Below are positions 49,507-58,326 of a stretch of DNA of 64,000 nt, one piece after another. This stretch comes from Dehalococcoidia bacterium (GTDB taxonomy: Bacteria; Chloroflexota; Dehalococcoidia; SHYB01). Location: assembly GCA_965219875.1 (NCBI GenBank), contig CBDCOW010000001.1:1036468-1100467 (forward strand), read 5' to 3'. A model generated the notes under the pieces. The model was given only the letters and a program-made list of their open reading frames with translations. It ran no database searches and was not told the origin of the DNA. Numbering within the stretch: the first letter of the stretch is position 1; every line of letters begins with the position of its first letter. The position numbers and the translations under genes were made by a program.

Positions 49507-50496
49507 ATGATCAAGAGACTTTCGCCACGTTTCGCCGCCCTTGCGGCAGCCGCTCTTTCGCTGGCGCTGATTGTCGCGGCGTGTGGAAGCGACGATCCTG
49601 CGCCCGCGCCCACCGAGCGCCCTGCCGCGCCGACGACGGCCCCGGCGACGCCGCAGCCCCCCGCAACCGACCCGCCGCCCGGGGCTACCGCTACGGCCAC
49701 GGAGGCTGCGGTGGCGAAGACGCCCGAGGCAACCTCCGCGCCGGAGGCGACGGCGGCCGCAACGGCCAGGCCAATACCAACCGCGACACGGGCCGCAGCG
49801 CCAGAGGCGACGGCGGCGCCCGACACCCCCGAGCCTACTGCGGTGCCTACCACCGAGGCCCCCACAGCGACTGAACCGCCCGCGGCTACCGCCACGGCCA
49901 CGGCGCCAGCGATGGAGAAGCCGACCGAGGCCGCCACGTCAGTTCCGGAGGCGACTGAGGTTCCGGCTCCGACCGCGGTGCCGGAGGCGACGGCTACGCC
50001 GGCCCCAACCGCACCGCCCACGGCGACTGAACCGCCCGCCGCCGAGCCGCCGCAGGACTTGGCGATCGACTTCTCCCTACCGAGTGCGAGCGGCGAGACG
50101 GTGACCCTCGCCTCCTACCGAGGGCAGCAGACGGTCATCCTCGTCTTCTCCCGAGGCTTGTGGTGAACTATCTGCCGTCAGCAGCTCGTGGAGCTGCAAG
50201 GTGAGTACGAATCGCTTCAGGCCGAAGGCATTGAGGTGCTGTCGGTCAGCACCGACGACGAGAGTTCCGCGGGCCTCGCGGACCGCTTGGGCTTCGAATA
50301 CCCCATACTGTTCAACCCCGAGCATGACGTGATCGAGCAGTACGGGGTCTTTAACCTCCACGGCGACGGCTTTGCCGCGCACGCGGTCTTCCTCGTCGAT
50401 CGCGATGGGGCGATTCGGTGGAAGCACATCAGTAGGACCACCTACGACACGCCGTCCACGGCGGATGTGATCGAGAGGGCGAAGGCGCTCTCGTAG
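49507..50496 (+). CDS. Predicted selenoprotein: AhpC/TSA peroxiredoxin-like lipoprotein, copy 2 (UGA 50164-50166 = Sec)
   Basis: Lipobox VAAC, longer PAT linker, RGLW-UGA-TICRQQL in frame with ORF 50188-50496. Confidence 0.85.
50181..50197 (+). promoter_or_regulatory. Bacterial SECIS-like hairpin
   Basis: Identical GCAGCTC-GTG-GAGCTGC at the same spacing from the UGA. Confidence 0.65.
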
Positions 50497-50517
50497 GCGC
50501 GCGGCGCGCGTCCGGGG

Positions 50518-51399
50518 CTAGTTCGAGTCGAAGCCCTGGTCGATCTCTTTGAGGAAGCGCTCGATTTCCGGTGCCAGCGGGGCCTGCTCCGTTGTCTGCC
50601 GCGCCGCGGGCCTCGCGTCATAGTTCCGTTCGAGCTGCTGCACCACTTCCTTGAGGCGCGGGTTTGACTCCAACGCCTGGGAGACCTCGTCGTACTGGGT
50701 CTTGCCGCGCCGGTCGTCGATGAGCCGCTCGGGGAGGTCGTAGAGGAGGCGTAGCGATTCAAGGAGCCGCGCGGCGCCGCTGAAGTCCTCGTCCAACTGC
50801 ACGTATTGGGGGAGGTGGACGATCATGCTCGCGGTCTCCATACCGTGGTCGGTGGCGAAGCGGTTGGCCACGTACATGATGGTGGTCGGGCCCTCGTAGG
50901 TGCTCTCTTCCACCTTGGCCTCCCGCGCCTGCCGCTGCGATTCCGGTCCCTGCACCGAGCCGGTCACCATGAGCGGGCGGGTATGGGGCACCGCGTCGTA
51001 CATTGCTCCTACCAGGGAGTAGCGCGCCACGTTCATCGCCTGGAGGACCTCGGTTACGCCCTCGGCGAAGTCCTCGCCGAACGCATGGGGCTCCAGAAGG
51101 TGGAAGAGCAGGAGGTCGCGGGCGCCTTCCCGGCGGCAGGCGTAGATGAAGCTGTTGGGAATGGTGACGTCGCGGATGCCCTCGCGCATGGCGATCACGG
51201 GGCGGTAGCGGGTGAAGTCGTAGAAGTTCCCCGGCCGGGCCAGCTTCCCGACCTCGGCGGCGTCCAAGTGGCGCTCGAGCCGGGACAAGACGATGGTCCC
51301 GACACTGCCCACATCCACCCAGGGGCGGAGCATCACGAGGGCGTGGGGCGCCTCCAACTCGGGCAGCGGCTCCACCATTTCGAACGGTCCGATTCGCAT
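50518..51399 (-). CDS. PAC2 (proteasome assembly chaperone-like) family protein
   Basis: PWVDVG, FYDFTRYRP, VPHTRP, YEGPT, HLPQY, EIERFL. Confidence 0.85.
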   Translation of the reverse strand: MRIGPFEMVEPLPELEAPHALVMLRPWVDVGSVGTIVLSRLERHLDAAEVGKLARPGNFYDFTRYRPVIAMREGIRDVTIPNSFIYACRREGARDLLLFHLLEPHAFGEDFAEGVTEVLQAMNVARYSLVGAMYDAVPHTRPLMVTGSVQGPESQRQAREAKVEESTYEGPTTIMYVANRFATDHGMETASMIVHLPQYVQLDEDFSGAARLLESLRLLYDLPERLIDDRRGKTQYDEVSQALESNPRLKEVVQQLERNYDARPAARQTTEQAPLAPEIERFLKEIDQGFDSN

Positions 51400-51483
51400 C
51401 GGCCCATCTTGTCAGCCGCCGATGTGTATTGCAAGTTCGCCGGTATAATGCGCCCGCCGGCTCGCCGGCGGAGGAGGCGACGC

Positions 51484-52242
51484 ATGGAAGTTAAGGGCAT
51501 GGCCGTGGGGTTCATCGACGTGCCGCAAGAGCACACCGAGGCCTACAACTACTGGTACGACTTCGACCACTTGGCTGAGAATCTGGCGCTGCCGGAGATC
51601 TGCGGTGCGCGGCGCTACGTCGCCACCCCCGATTGCAAAGCGGTGCGCGACTGCCGCTTCCCGCCCCTCGATGGCGGGCAGGGGACGTACTTCACAAGCT
51701 ACCTGATCAACACCGACGACCTCGATGCGGCGGGCGAGAGCTGGCATCGGCTTGGGGCCGACCTTCGGAAAAAGAGGCGCTTCTTCCGGTACGGCAACGT
51801 CCCCTACGGCGGCATCTACCGGCTGAAGAAGACGTTGCTCAGCCCGAGCGTGCCGCCCGTCGTCACGGAGGCGGGCCCCTGGCTGGGGCATCAGGGCGTC
51901 CTCGTCGTGCTCTCGCAGGTGCGCGACCCATCGATGCAGGACGCCGTCGAGGAGTGGTTCGAGCAGGTCCACGCCCCCGACGTGCTGGAGATTCCGGGCA
52001 TGGCGTCGGGGATGCGCTTCTGGCGCTATGCTCCGGGGAAGGACGAGCCCGACGAGGGCTGGGCGCTCAACCTCTACCTGCTCGACGGCGATCCCGTCGA
52101 AGTGAAGAAGGAGATCAACCGCCGCATCCCTGGCTGGCTTGAACAGGGCCGCATGCCGAGCCCCGGCGGGGCCTCCGACGCGCAATTCCTCAGCGTCTAT
52201 CGCTCCGTCGTTCCCACCAAGTACGACTTTCGGGTGGAGTAG
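51484..52242 (+). CDS. Hypothetical protein with two EthD-like alpha-beta barrel repeats
   Basis: YNYWYDFDHLAE..ARRY and EWFEQVHAPDVLEIPG repeats; GGAGGAGG RBS. Confidence 0.7.
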   Translation: MEVKGMAVGFIDVPQEHTEAYNYWYDFDHLAENLALPEICGARRYVATPDCKAVRDCRFPPLDGGQGTYFTSYLINTDDLDAAGESWHRLGADLRKKRRFFRYGNVPYGGIYRLKKTLLSPSVPPVVTEAGPWLGHQGVLVVLSQVRDPSMQDAVEEWFEQVHAPDVLEIPGMASGMRFWRYAPGKDEPDEGWALNLYLLDGDPVEVKKEINRRIPGWLEQGRMPSPGGASDAQFLSVYRSVVPTKYDFRVE

Positions 52243-52320
52243 CGTCCAGAAGCCGGTGGCCTCGCTGGCGTCCCTGCGCTAAGATAGCCTCTAACCTGAG
52301 ATGGCGTGGGGGAGGGAGAG

Positions 52321-54006
52321 ATGCGCGAATATGATGTTGTAATCAGGGGCGGAACCGTCGTCGATGGGACCAACGTGCCGCGGTTTCAGGCGGACGTTGG
52401 GATCAAGGACGGCCGCATCGTCCAGATCAGCGGACGGATCGGCGCCGGCGCGGCGCGGGAGATCGACGCGAGCGGGTGCATCGTCGCCCCCGGCGCTATC
52501 GACCTGCATACCCACTACGACGCACAACTGAACTGGGACCCCTACGCCACGCTCGACGGCTGGTTCGGGGTCACCACGGTCACCATCGGCCAGTGCGGCT
52601 TCGGCTTCGCGCCGGTGCGCCCCGACGACCGCGAGCTCTCGATGCGGATGATGAACCGCATCGAGGCGATCCCGCTCGAATCGATGCGATTGGGGCTGCG
52701 CTGGGACTGGGAGACGTACCCCGAGTATCTCGACAGCCTCGACCGGCAGGGGCTCGGCGTCAACGTCGCCTCGCTGTTCCCCTTCTCGCCCCTACGGGCT
52801 TACGTGATGGGGATGATGGAGTCGCGGCGGGCCACGTCGGCGACGCCGGAACAGGTGGCCCAGATCAAGCAACTCTTTCGCGAGGGGATGGAGGCGGGGT
52901 CGTTCGGCTTCGCGGTGGACAAGAACGAAGAGGACCGCAACGAGGACGGCGGCGCGATTCCGAGTCACAACATCTCGGACGAAGAGGCGCTGGCGCTGGC
53001 GGAGGTGCTGGGAGAGTTCGGCGTCGGCTTCTCGGGTTGGACGATCGGCATCTCGGATGAGCCGGAGCGGCAGCAAGACCTGCTCACGCGGATGCTCAAG
53101 CTCACCGGCCGGCCGATGCACATCGCGCTCGGCGTGAATGAGGACGCTGAGGACTGGGCGCGCGCCCGCCGAGCCGAGGGGCTCCCCGTGGTCCCCGAGC
53201 GGATGGGCATCTACGCTGAGTCGCGGTTCAGCCTGGCCGAGTTCAACCAGTTCGACTATATGCCGGCGTGGGCGCACGCCCTGGTGGGAACGCCCGAGGA
53301 ACGGGCGGCGAAGCTGCGGGAGCCGCAGGTGCGCGAGGCGATGAAGGAGGCCGCGGCCATCCCCCTGCACGCGCGGACGAAGTGGGAGAACACCACGGTC
53401 CTCCAAGTGGAGCATGAGCGCAACTACAAGTACGAGGGACGCCGCATCCACGAGGTCGCCGCGGAGGAGGGCAAGCACCCCGTCGACTTCCTCGTCGACC
53501 TGGCGCTCGACGAGGGGCTGCTCACCGAGTTCAGCTTCAAGAATGATGGGCCGGAGAACAAGAAGCGCATTGACGCCGGTATCCGCGACCCGTACACCCA
53601 CATCTCGGTGTCCGACGGCGGGGCGCACACCCGGTTCTCGACCCTCAGCCGCTGGCCGGTGGATTTCCTGTCGCATTGGATACGAGACCGGGAGGTCGTC
53701 TCGCTCGAGCGGGCGCACTACAAGATCAGCGCCTATCCCGCGTGGGTCGCCGGCTACAACAACCGCGGGGTCCTGCGCCCGGGCAAGGCCGCCGACATCA
53801 TGATCTACGACCTCGACGAGCTGGGGCTGCTCTACGACGCCCCGGTCTACTCGAACGACTTCCCCGGCGGCGAGCGCCGTCTGGTCCAGATGCCGAAGGG
53901 CATCCGGTTCATCCTGGTGAGCGGCGCGGTGACGTTCGAGGAGAACGTCTGCACGAACGCGCTCCCCGGCAAGCTGCTGCGCAGCTACGAGGAGTGCCTG
54001 GGCTAG
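52321..54006 (+). CDS. N-acyl-D-amino-acid deacylase family amidohydrolase
   Basis: GGTVVDGT, APGAIDLHTHYD, SDGGAH, RGVLRPGKAAD, DFPGGERRL. Confidence 0.9.
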   Translation: MREYDVVIRGGTVVDGTNVPRFQADVGIKDGRIVQISGRIGAGAAREIDASGCIVAPGAIDLHTHYDAQLNWDPYATLDGWFGVTTVTIGQCGFGFAPVRPDDRELSMRMMNRIEAIPLESMRLGLRWDWETYPEYLDSLDRQGLGVNVASLFPFSPLRAYVMGMMESRRATSATPEQVAQIKQLFREGMEAGSFGFAVDKNEEDRNEDGGAIPSHNISDEEALALAEVLGEFGVGFSGWTIGISDEPERQQDLLTRMLKLTGRPMHIALGVNEDAEDWARARRAEGLPVVPERMGIYAESRFSLAEFNQFDYMPAWAHALVGTPEERAAKLREPQVREAMKEAAAIPLHARTKWENTTVLQVEHERNYKYEGRRIHEVAAEEGKHPVDFLVDLALDEGLLTEFSFKNDGPENKKRIDAGIRDPYTHISVSDGGAHTRFSTLSRWPVDFLSHWIRDREVVSLERAHYKISAYPAWVAGYNNRGVLRPGKAADIMIYDLDELGLLYDAPVYSNDFPGGERRLVQMPKGIRFILVSGAVTFEENVCTNALPGKLLRSYEECLG

Positions 54007-54209
54007 GAGCGACGGGGCCCGTCTTGGAGTCGGAAGCGCCCTCCTCGTTGCGGAGGGCGCAATCTCCCTTTACAATGGCCGATGGTGTTGAACGGGCTAG
54101 GGCATGGCGGCGCCGCGACGGCTAGGTATGCAGTCGTGGTTTTCTGCGCCCCGCGTAATCGCTCACACTGGAAAGAATTGTCTCAGACAGGATTGAGGGA
54201 GGAACGAAG

Positions 54210-56051
54210 ATGAGATATATCTTAAGAAGGCTGGGCGCGGTCCTCGCCTTAGCGATGGTCGTGGCGCTGGTGGCCTCGGCTTGCAGCGGGGCGGAAGGAC
54301 CGGCGGGGCCGGCGGGACCGGCGGGCCCAGCAGGACCGGCGGGCGCTCAGGGACCGGCGGGATCAGACGGATCAGACGGATCGGCAGGAGCTCAAGGGCC
54401 TCAAGGAGCTCAAGGGCCTCAAGGGCCGGCAGCGGGCGAGACTCCGATTCCCACGGCGACAGCCGTGCCGCCGACAGCCATGCCGGAGCCGACGGCGACG
54501 GCTATGCCGGCGCCGACCGCGACGCCCGTGCCGGAGCCCACGGAGGCGCCGGCGATGATGATGGAGGGTGAATACGGCGGCACGCTGACCTTCCCGCTGC
54601 TGTTCGACGCGGGCGACCTGAACCCGAAACTTTCGGGATACTTCTTCAACTACTCGTTCGGCGCCAACGTCTACAGCTCCATCGTCCGCTACAACTGGGA
54701 GCCGCCCCGTGACAAGGTGATCGGCAACCTGGCGGAGAGCTGGGACATCAACGCCGACGCCACGCAGTACACCTTCAACTTCCGCGAAGGCATCACGTGG
54801 CACGACGGCGAGCCGTTCCACGCGTCGGACGCGGCCTTCTCGCTGCAGCAGAACGCGGGCCGGTTCGCGGCGCAGCTCGAGAAGGTCTCCAGCTACGAGA
54901 CGCCCGACGCGACGACACTGATCCTCAACCTAAGCAGGCCGAGCAGCTCCGTTCCCAGCCTGCTGGCGCACATGCGCTTCCCGGTATTCGCGGAGCGGCT
55001 CTTCCCCGGCGACGAAGGGGAGTTTACGGCAGAGATCAGCATTGGGACCGGCCCCTTCGTGCTGGCGGAGATCGACCGGGACGTCGAGTACGTGCTCGAG
55101 CGGAACCCGAACTACTTCCTTCCCGAGCTGCCCTTCTTGGACTCCGTTCGAGCGGTCGTCCAAGGCGACCACGCCACGCGGCTGGCGCTGTTCCGCGGCG
55201 GCCAGCTCGACGTGCTGGGCCCCTCGGCGACCATGGTCGACATAGAGACGGCCGACGACGTGGTGGCTTCGGTGGATGGCGCGGTGGCCACTGGCCATCC
55301 GTCCCTCGACCAGGTCGTAATCGTGGTGAACTCGGCGAAGCCCCCGTGGGACAACCTGCAACTGCGCCAGGCGCTGTTCCTCTCCATCAACCGCTGGGAG
55401 ATCGCGGATGGCCTCCCGTTCATCTCGAAGCCTTCCGGCCCCCTCGTAGGGCCGCCGGGCTGGGGCCTCTCGGATGAGGAGTTGGCTAACTTCGTGCCCG
55501 GCTATAAGCGGGGCGACGGCTACGAAGCCGACCTCGAAATGGCGCGGGGACTCCTCGCTGCCGCTGGTTTCCCTGACGGCTTCGAGACGGAAGTGATCGG
55601 GTCGCAGACGGCGGCGTTGGAGACGAGCCTTGAGGTCATCGTCGACCACATGAGCCGCATCGGCATCACGGCCAGCCCGAGCAGCGGCGGCGTCCCGAGC
55701 GCGGACGACGTTGCGCGCAGGTCGGAGGGCGACTTCGAGCTCAACGTCCAGAGCGTGACCTTGAGCTTCCCCGACCCGGACGGCGCCGATCAGGCGGTCA
55801 TACCCGGCTTGTTCACCAAGCTGGAGGACGCGGAGATCCAGCGGCTGTTCCAGGCGCAGGGCGCCGAAAGCAACCCCGGCAGGCGCGCCGATCTCGTGCG
55901 GCAGCTACAGATTCGGATGCTTGAGCAGGTGTCGATCATTCCGATCGGCTGGCAGGAGCTCTTCTGGCTGACGCAGGAGAACGTGCACAACCTCTACCCG
56001 CCGATGGCATGGTCGGACGCGACCTTCGACCACGTCTGGAAGGACGCCTAA
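54210..56051 (+). CDS. ABC substrate-binding lipoprotein (family 5) with collagen-like and Pro/Thr stalk
   Basis: Lipobox ASAC, 16 Gly-X-Y triplets, PT repeats, NLAESW, WHDG, GTGPF. Confidence 0.9.
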   Translation: MRYILRRLGAVLALAMVVALVASACSGAEGPAGPAGPAGPAGPAGAQGPAGSDGSDGSAGAQGPQGAQGPQGPAAGETPIPTATAVPPTAMPEPTATAMPAPTATPVPEPTEAPAMMMEGEYGGTLTFPLLFDAGDLNPKLSGYFFNYSFGANVYSSIVRYNWEPPRDKVIGNLAESWDINADATQYTFNFREGITWHDGEPFHASDAAFSLQQNAGRFAAQLEKVSSYETPDATTLILNLSRPSSSVPSLLAHMRFPVFAERLFPGDEGEFTAEISIGTGPFVLAEIDRDVEYVLERNPNYFLPELPFLDSVRAVVQGDHATRLALFRGGQLDVLGPSATMVDIETADDVVASVDGAVATGHPSLDQVVIVVNSAKPPWDNLQLRQALFLSINRWEIADGLPFISKPSGPLVGPPGWGLSDEELANFVPGYKRGDGYEADLEMARGLLAAAGFPDGFETEVIGSQTAALETSLEVIVDHMSRIGITASPSSGGVPSADDVARRSEGDFELNVQSVTLSFPDPDGADQAVIPGLFTKLEDAEIQRLFQAQGAESNPGRRADLVRQLQIRMLEQVSIIPIGWQELFWLTQENVHNLYPPMAWSDATFDHVWKDA

Positions 56052-56073
56052 GTCCTAAAGACAGAGGCGAATT

Positions 56074-56115
56074 ATCCGGGCTGCAGGGGATTCCCCTGCA
56101 GCCCGGATCTCTTTT
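56074..56115 (+). terminator. Strong hairpin with short U tract after the SBP gene
   Basis: ATCCGGGCTGCAGGGG / CCCCTGCAGCCCGGAT followed by CTCTTTT. Confidence 0.65.
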
Positions 56116-56146
56116 CGGGGCTCTCATAACCCTGGTGCGAGGGAGC

Positions 56147-56171
56147 GGGCGCCCACAAGGGGCGCCCCTAC
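56147..56171 (-). repeat. GTAG-type REP variant
   Basis: Minus strand GTAGGGGCGCCCCTTGTGGGCGCCC. Confidence 0.65.
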
Positions 56172-56336
56172 GGCAGGGCAGGCGACTGGCGCGCTTGGCT
56201 GTCCTGCCCGTTTTACCGCTTTGGGCCTATCTGCTACACTCCCGGCCCGCAGGCGGGCGGCCGACGGGGATCGTAGGGTCCAGCCCCCGCTTCCGAGGTC
56301 TTCCCAACCGGGTCCGGGACGCCCGGCTGACATGAT

Positions 56337-57293
56337 ATGAGAATCTACATCATCCGCCGCTTGCTCCTCGCGATACCGACCATCTTCGTTGTGTCGGTGG
56401 TCGTCTTCCTGCTGGTGCGCTACCTGCCCGGCGACGCGGCTCTGGTGAAGCTGAGCGAGGGCGGCCGCTCGGCCTATAGCCCCGAGCAGTATCAACGCGC
56501 TCGAGCGGAGTTGGGGCTGGACAAGAACCCATTCCAGCAGTATGGGGAATGGGTGGGCGGACTGCTGCAAGGGGACGGTGGCAACTCCCTCATCAGCAAC
56601 GAGCCGGTCTTCAGCGAGATGAAGCGGACAATCCCGGTGACCGCTGAACTGGCGATCATCGCGATGATTCTCGGGCTGGCGATGTCGGTGCCGATCGGGG
56701 TGCTGAGCGCGGTGCGGCAGGACTCGGTCTGGGACTACGGAGGGCGGCTCTTTGCGACGGTCGGACTGGCCTCGCCGGAATTCCTGGCGGGCTCGATGCT
56801 GCTGCTGTCACTCTCTCTGGTATGGCAATGGGCGCCGCCGCTCGTCTACACGCCGTTCTTTGAAAACCCGGCGAGCAACTTGGCCCAATTCGCGTTCCCC
56901 GCGGTGATTCTCGCCTTCCACCAGTCGGCGATTCTGGTCCGGATGACGCGGTCGGCCATGCTGGAAGTGCTCCGGCAGGACTACATGCGCACCGCGTACG
57001 CAAAGGGGCTGCGGCCGGCGGTGTCGATCATGCGGCATGCGCTGCGCAACGCCCTCTTGCCCGTCATCACCATCGCGGGGATTCAGGCGGCGAACATGCT
57101 CGGCGGGTCGGTGATCGCGGAGTCGATCTTCAGCCTGCCGGGGATCGGCAAGCAGCTCGTGGACAGCCTCGAGGCCAGGGACTGGACGGTGGTGCAGACG
57201 GTGGTACTCCTGATCACCATCGTCATTCTGCTCCTGAATATCGTGCTCGACGTGCTCTATGCTTGGTTCGACCCCAGGATCCGGTACCAGTAG
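56337..57293 (+). CDS. ABC permease (DppB type)
   Basis: YIIRRLL, LPGD, QDYMRTAYAKGL, HALRNALLPV, DPRIRY. Confidence 0.93.
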   Translation: MRIYIIRRLLLAIPTIFVVSVVVFLLVRYLPGDAALVKLSEGGRSAYSPEQYQRARAELGLDKNPFQQYGEWVGGLLQGDGGNSLISNEPVFSEMKRTIPVTAELAIIAMILGLAMSVPIGVLSAVRQDSVWDYGGRLFATVGLASPEFLAGSMLLLSLSLVWQWAPPLVYTPFFENPASNLAQFAFPAVILAFHQSAILVRMTRSAMLEVLRQDYMRTAYAKGLRPAVSIMRHALRNALLPVITIAGIQAANMLGGSVIAESIFSLPGIGKQLVDSLEARDWTVVQTVVLLITIVILLLNIVLDVLYAWFDPRIRYQ

Positions 57294-57315
57294 AGCGGCG
57301 AGGACTCGAAGGCCA

Positions 57316-58248
57316 GTGAACGAACAGGCAGCGGTAAACGCGAGGGGGCCGGCCCAGTTCGTGGTCCGGTTCGCCAAAGGTACCGTCAGATTCGCCCGCC
57401 AGAAACCGTTGGGGGCGATGGGATCGGCTGTCGTCGTCGGCCTGCTGGTGATCGCGATCTTCGACCCGTGGATAGCTACCTTCCCCACGCTGGAGACACA
57501 CCTGACCGACCGGAACCAGGGGCCGAGCGCTACCTACTTCTTCGGCACCGACAACCTGGGGCGCGACGTGTTCAGCCGCTTGGTCTCGGCGACGAAGTCG
57601 GCGCTGTTCGTCTCCATCTTGTCGGTGGTGATCGGTGTGTCGCTGGGGAGTGTGTTTGGGCTGGTGAGCGCCTTCTTCGGGGGCGCGGTCGACTTGTCCG
57701 TGCAACGTGTCATGGACGGCCTGCTGGCGCTCCCCGCGCTGATCATGGCGATGGCCTTGGCGGCCGCCCTCCATGGGCGTGCCGACGTGAACCTCGCGCT
57801 GGTCATCGCGATCGCCGTCATCAACGTGCCCGTCGCGAACCGGCTGGTTCGGGCGACGGTCCTCAGTATCAAGGAAGAGGTCTACATCGAGGCGGCCAAT
57901 GCGCTGGGCGCCTCGCCGCTGCGGATCATGGTGCGGCACATCACGCCGAACACGCTGGCGCCGATTCTCGTGTTGATGACGAACCAGTTCGCCTGGGCGA
58001 TCATCGTGGCGGCGTCGTTGGCCTTCCTCGGGCTCGGGCCCAGGGAACCGACACCGACGTGGGGCCTGATGCTGACCGACGGCATCGAGAACGCCGAGAG
58101 GAGCTTCTGGCCGCCCGTGGTCACCGGGCTGGTGATCTTCATCACCATTCTGAGCTTTATCATGATCGGCGACGCGATCCGCGACCTCATGGACCCCAGG
58201 CTACGAGGGGGCACCGCCGGCCCCGGCGGGCAGACGCAACAGCAGTAA
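57316..58248 (+). CDS. ABC permease (DppC type)
   Basis: GTDNLGRDVFSR, YIEAANALGA, HITPN, PTWGLML. Confidence 0.92.
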   Translation: MNEQAAVNARGPAQFVVRFAKGTVRFARQKPLGAMGSAVVVGLLVIAIFDPWIATFPTLETHLTDRNQGPSATYFFGTDNLGRDVFSRLVSATKSALFVSILSVVIGVSLGSVFGLVSAFFGGAVDLSVQRVMDGLLALPALIMAMALAAALHGRADVNLALVIAIAVINVPVANRLVRATVLSIKEEVYIEAANALGASPLRIMVRHITPNTLAPILVLMTNQFAWAIIVAASLAFLGLGPREPTPTWGLMLTDGIENAERSFWPPVVTGLVIFITILSFIMIGDAIRDLMDPRLRGGTAGPGGQTQQQ

Positions 58249-58257
58249 AGGGCTGTG

Positions 58258-58326
58258 GCGCGCCGGCCTAGCCGCTAGTCGAGGTTGAAGACCCGGACGC
58301 AGTTGGCGCCGGCGATCTTGGCCTTC
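58258..58326. repeat. 69-bp direct repeat (att-like), copy of the amidohydrolase 3' end
   Basis: Identical to 60441-60509. Confidence 0.92.

Noticed and set aside
49401-50021. 206-aa minus-strand ORF ending in the PAC2 C-terminus
   Set aside because: It is the antisense of the Pro/Ala/Thr linker running into the duplicated PAC2 end; not a plausible gene.
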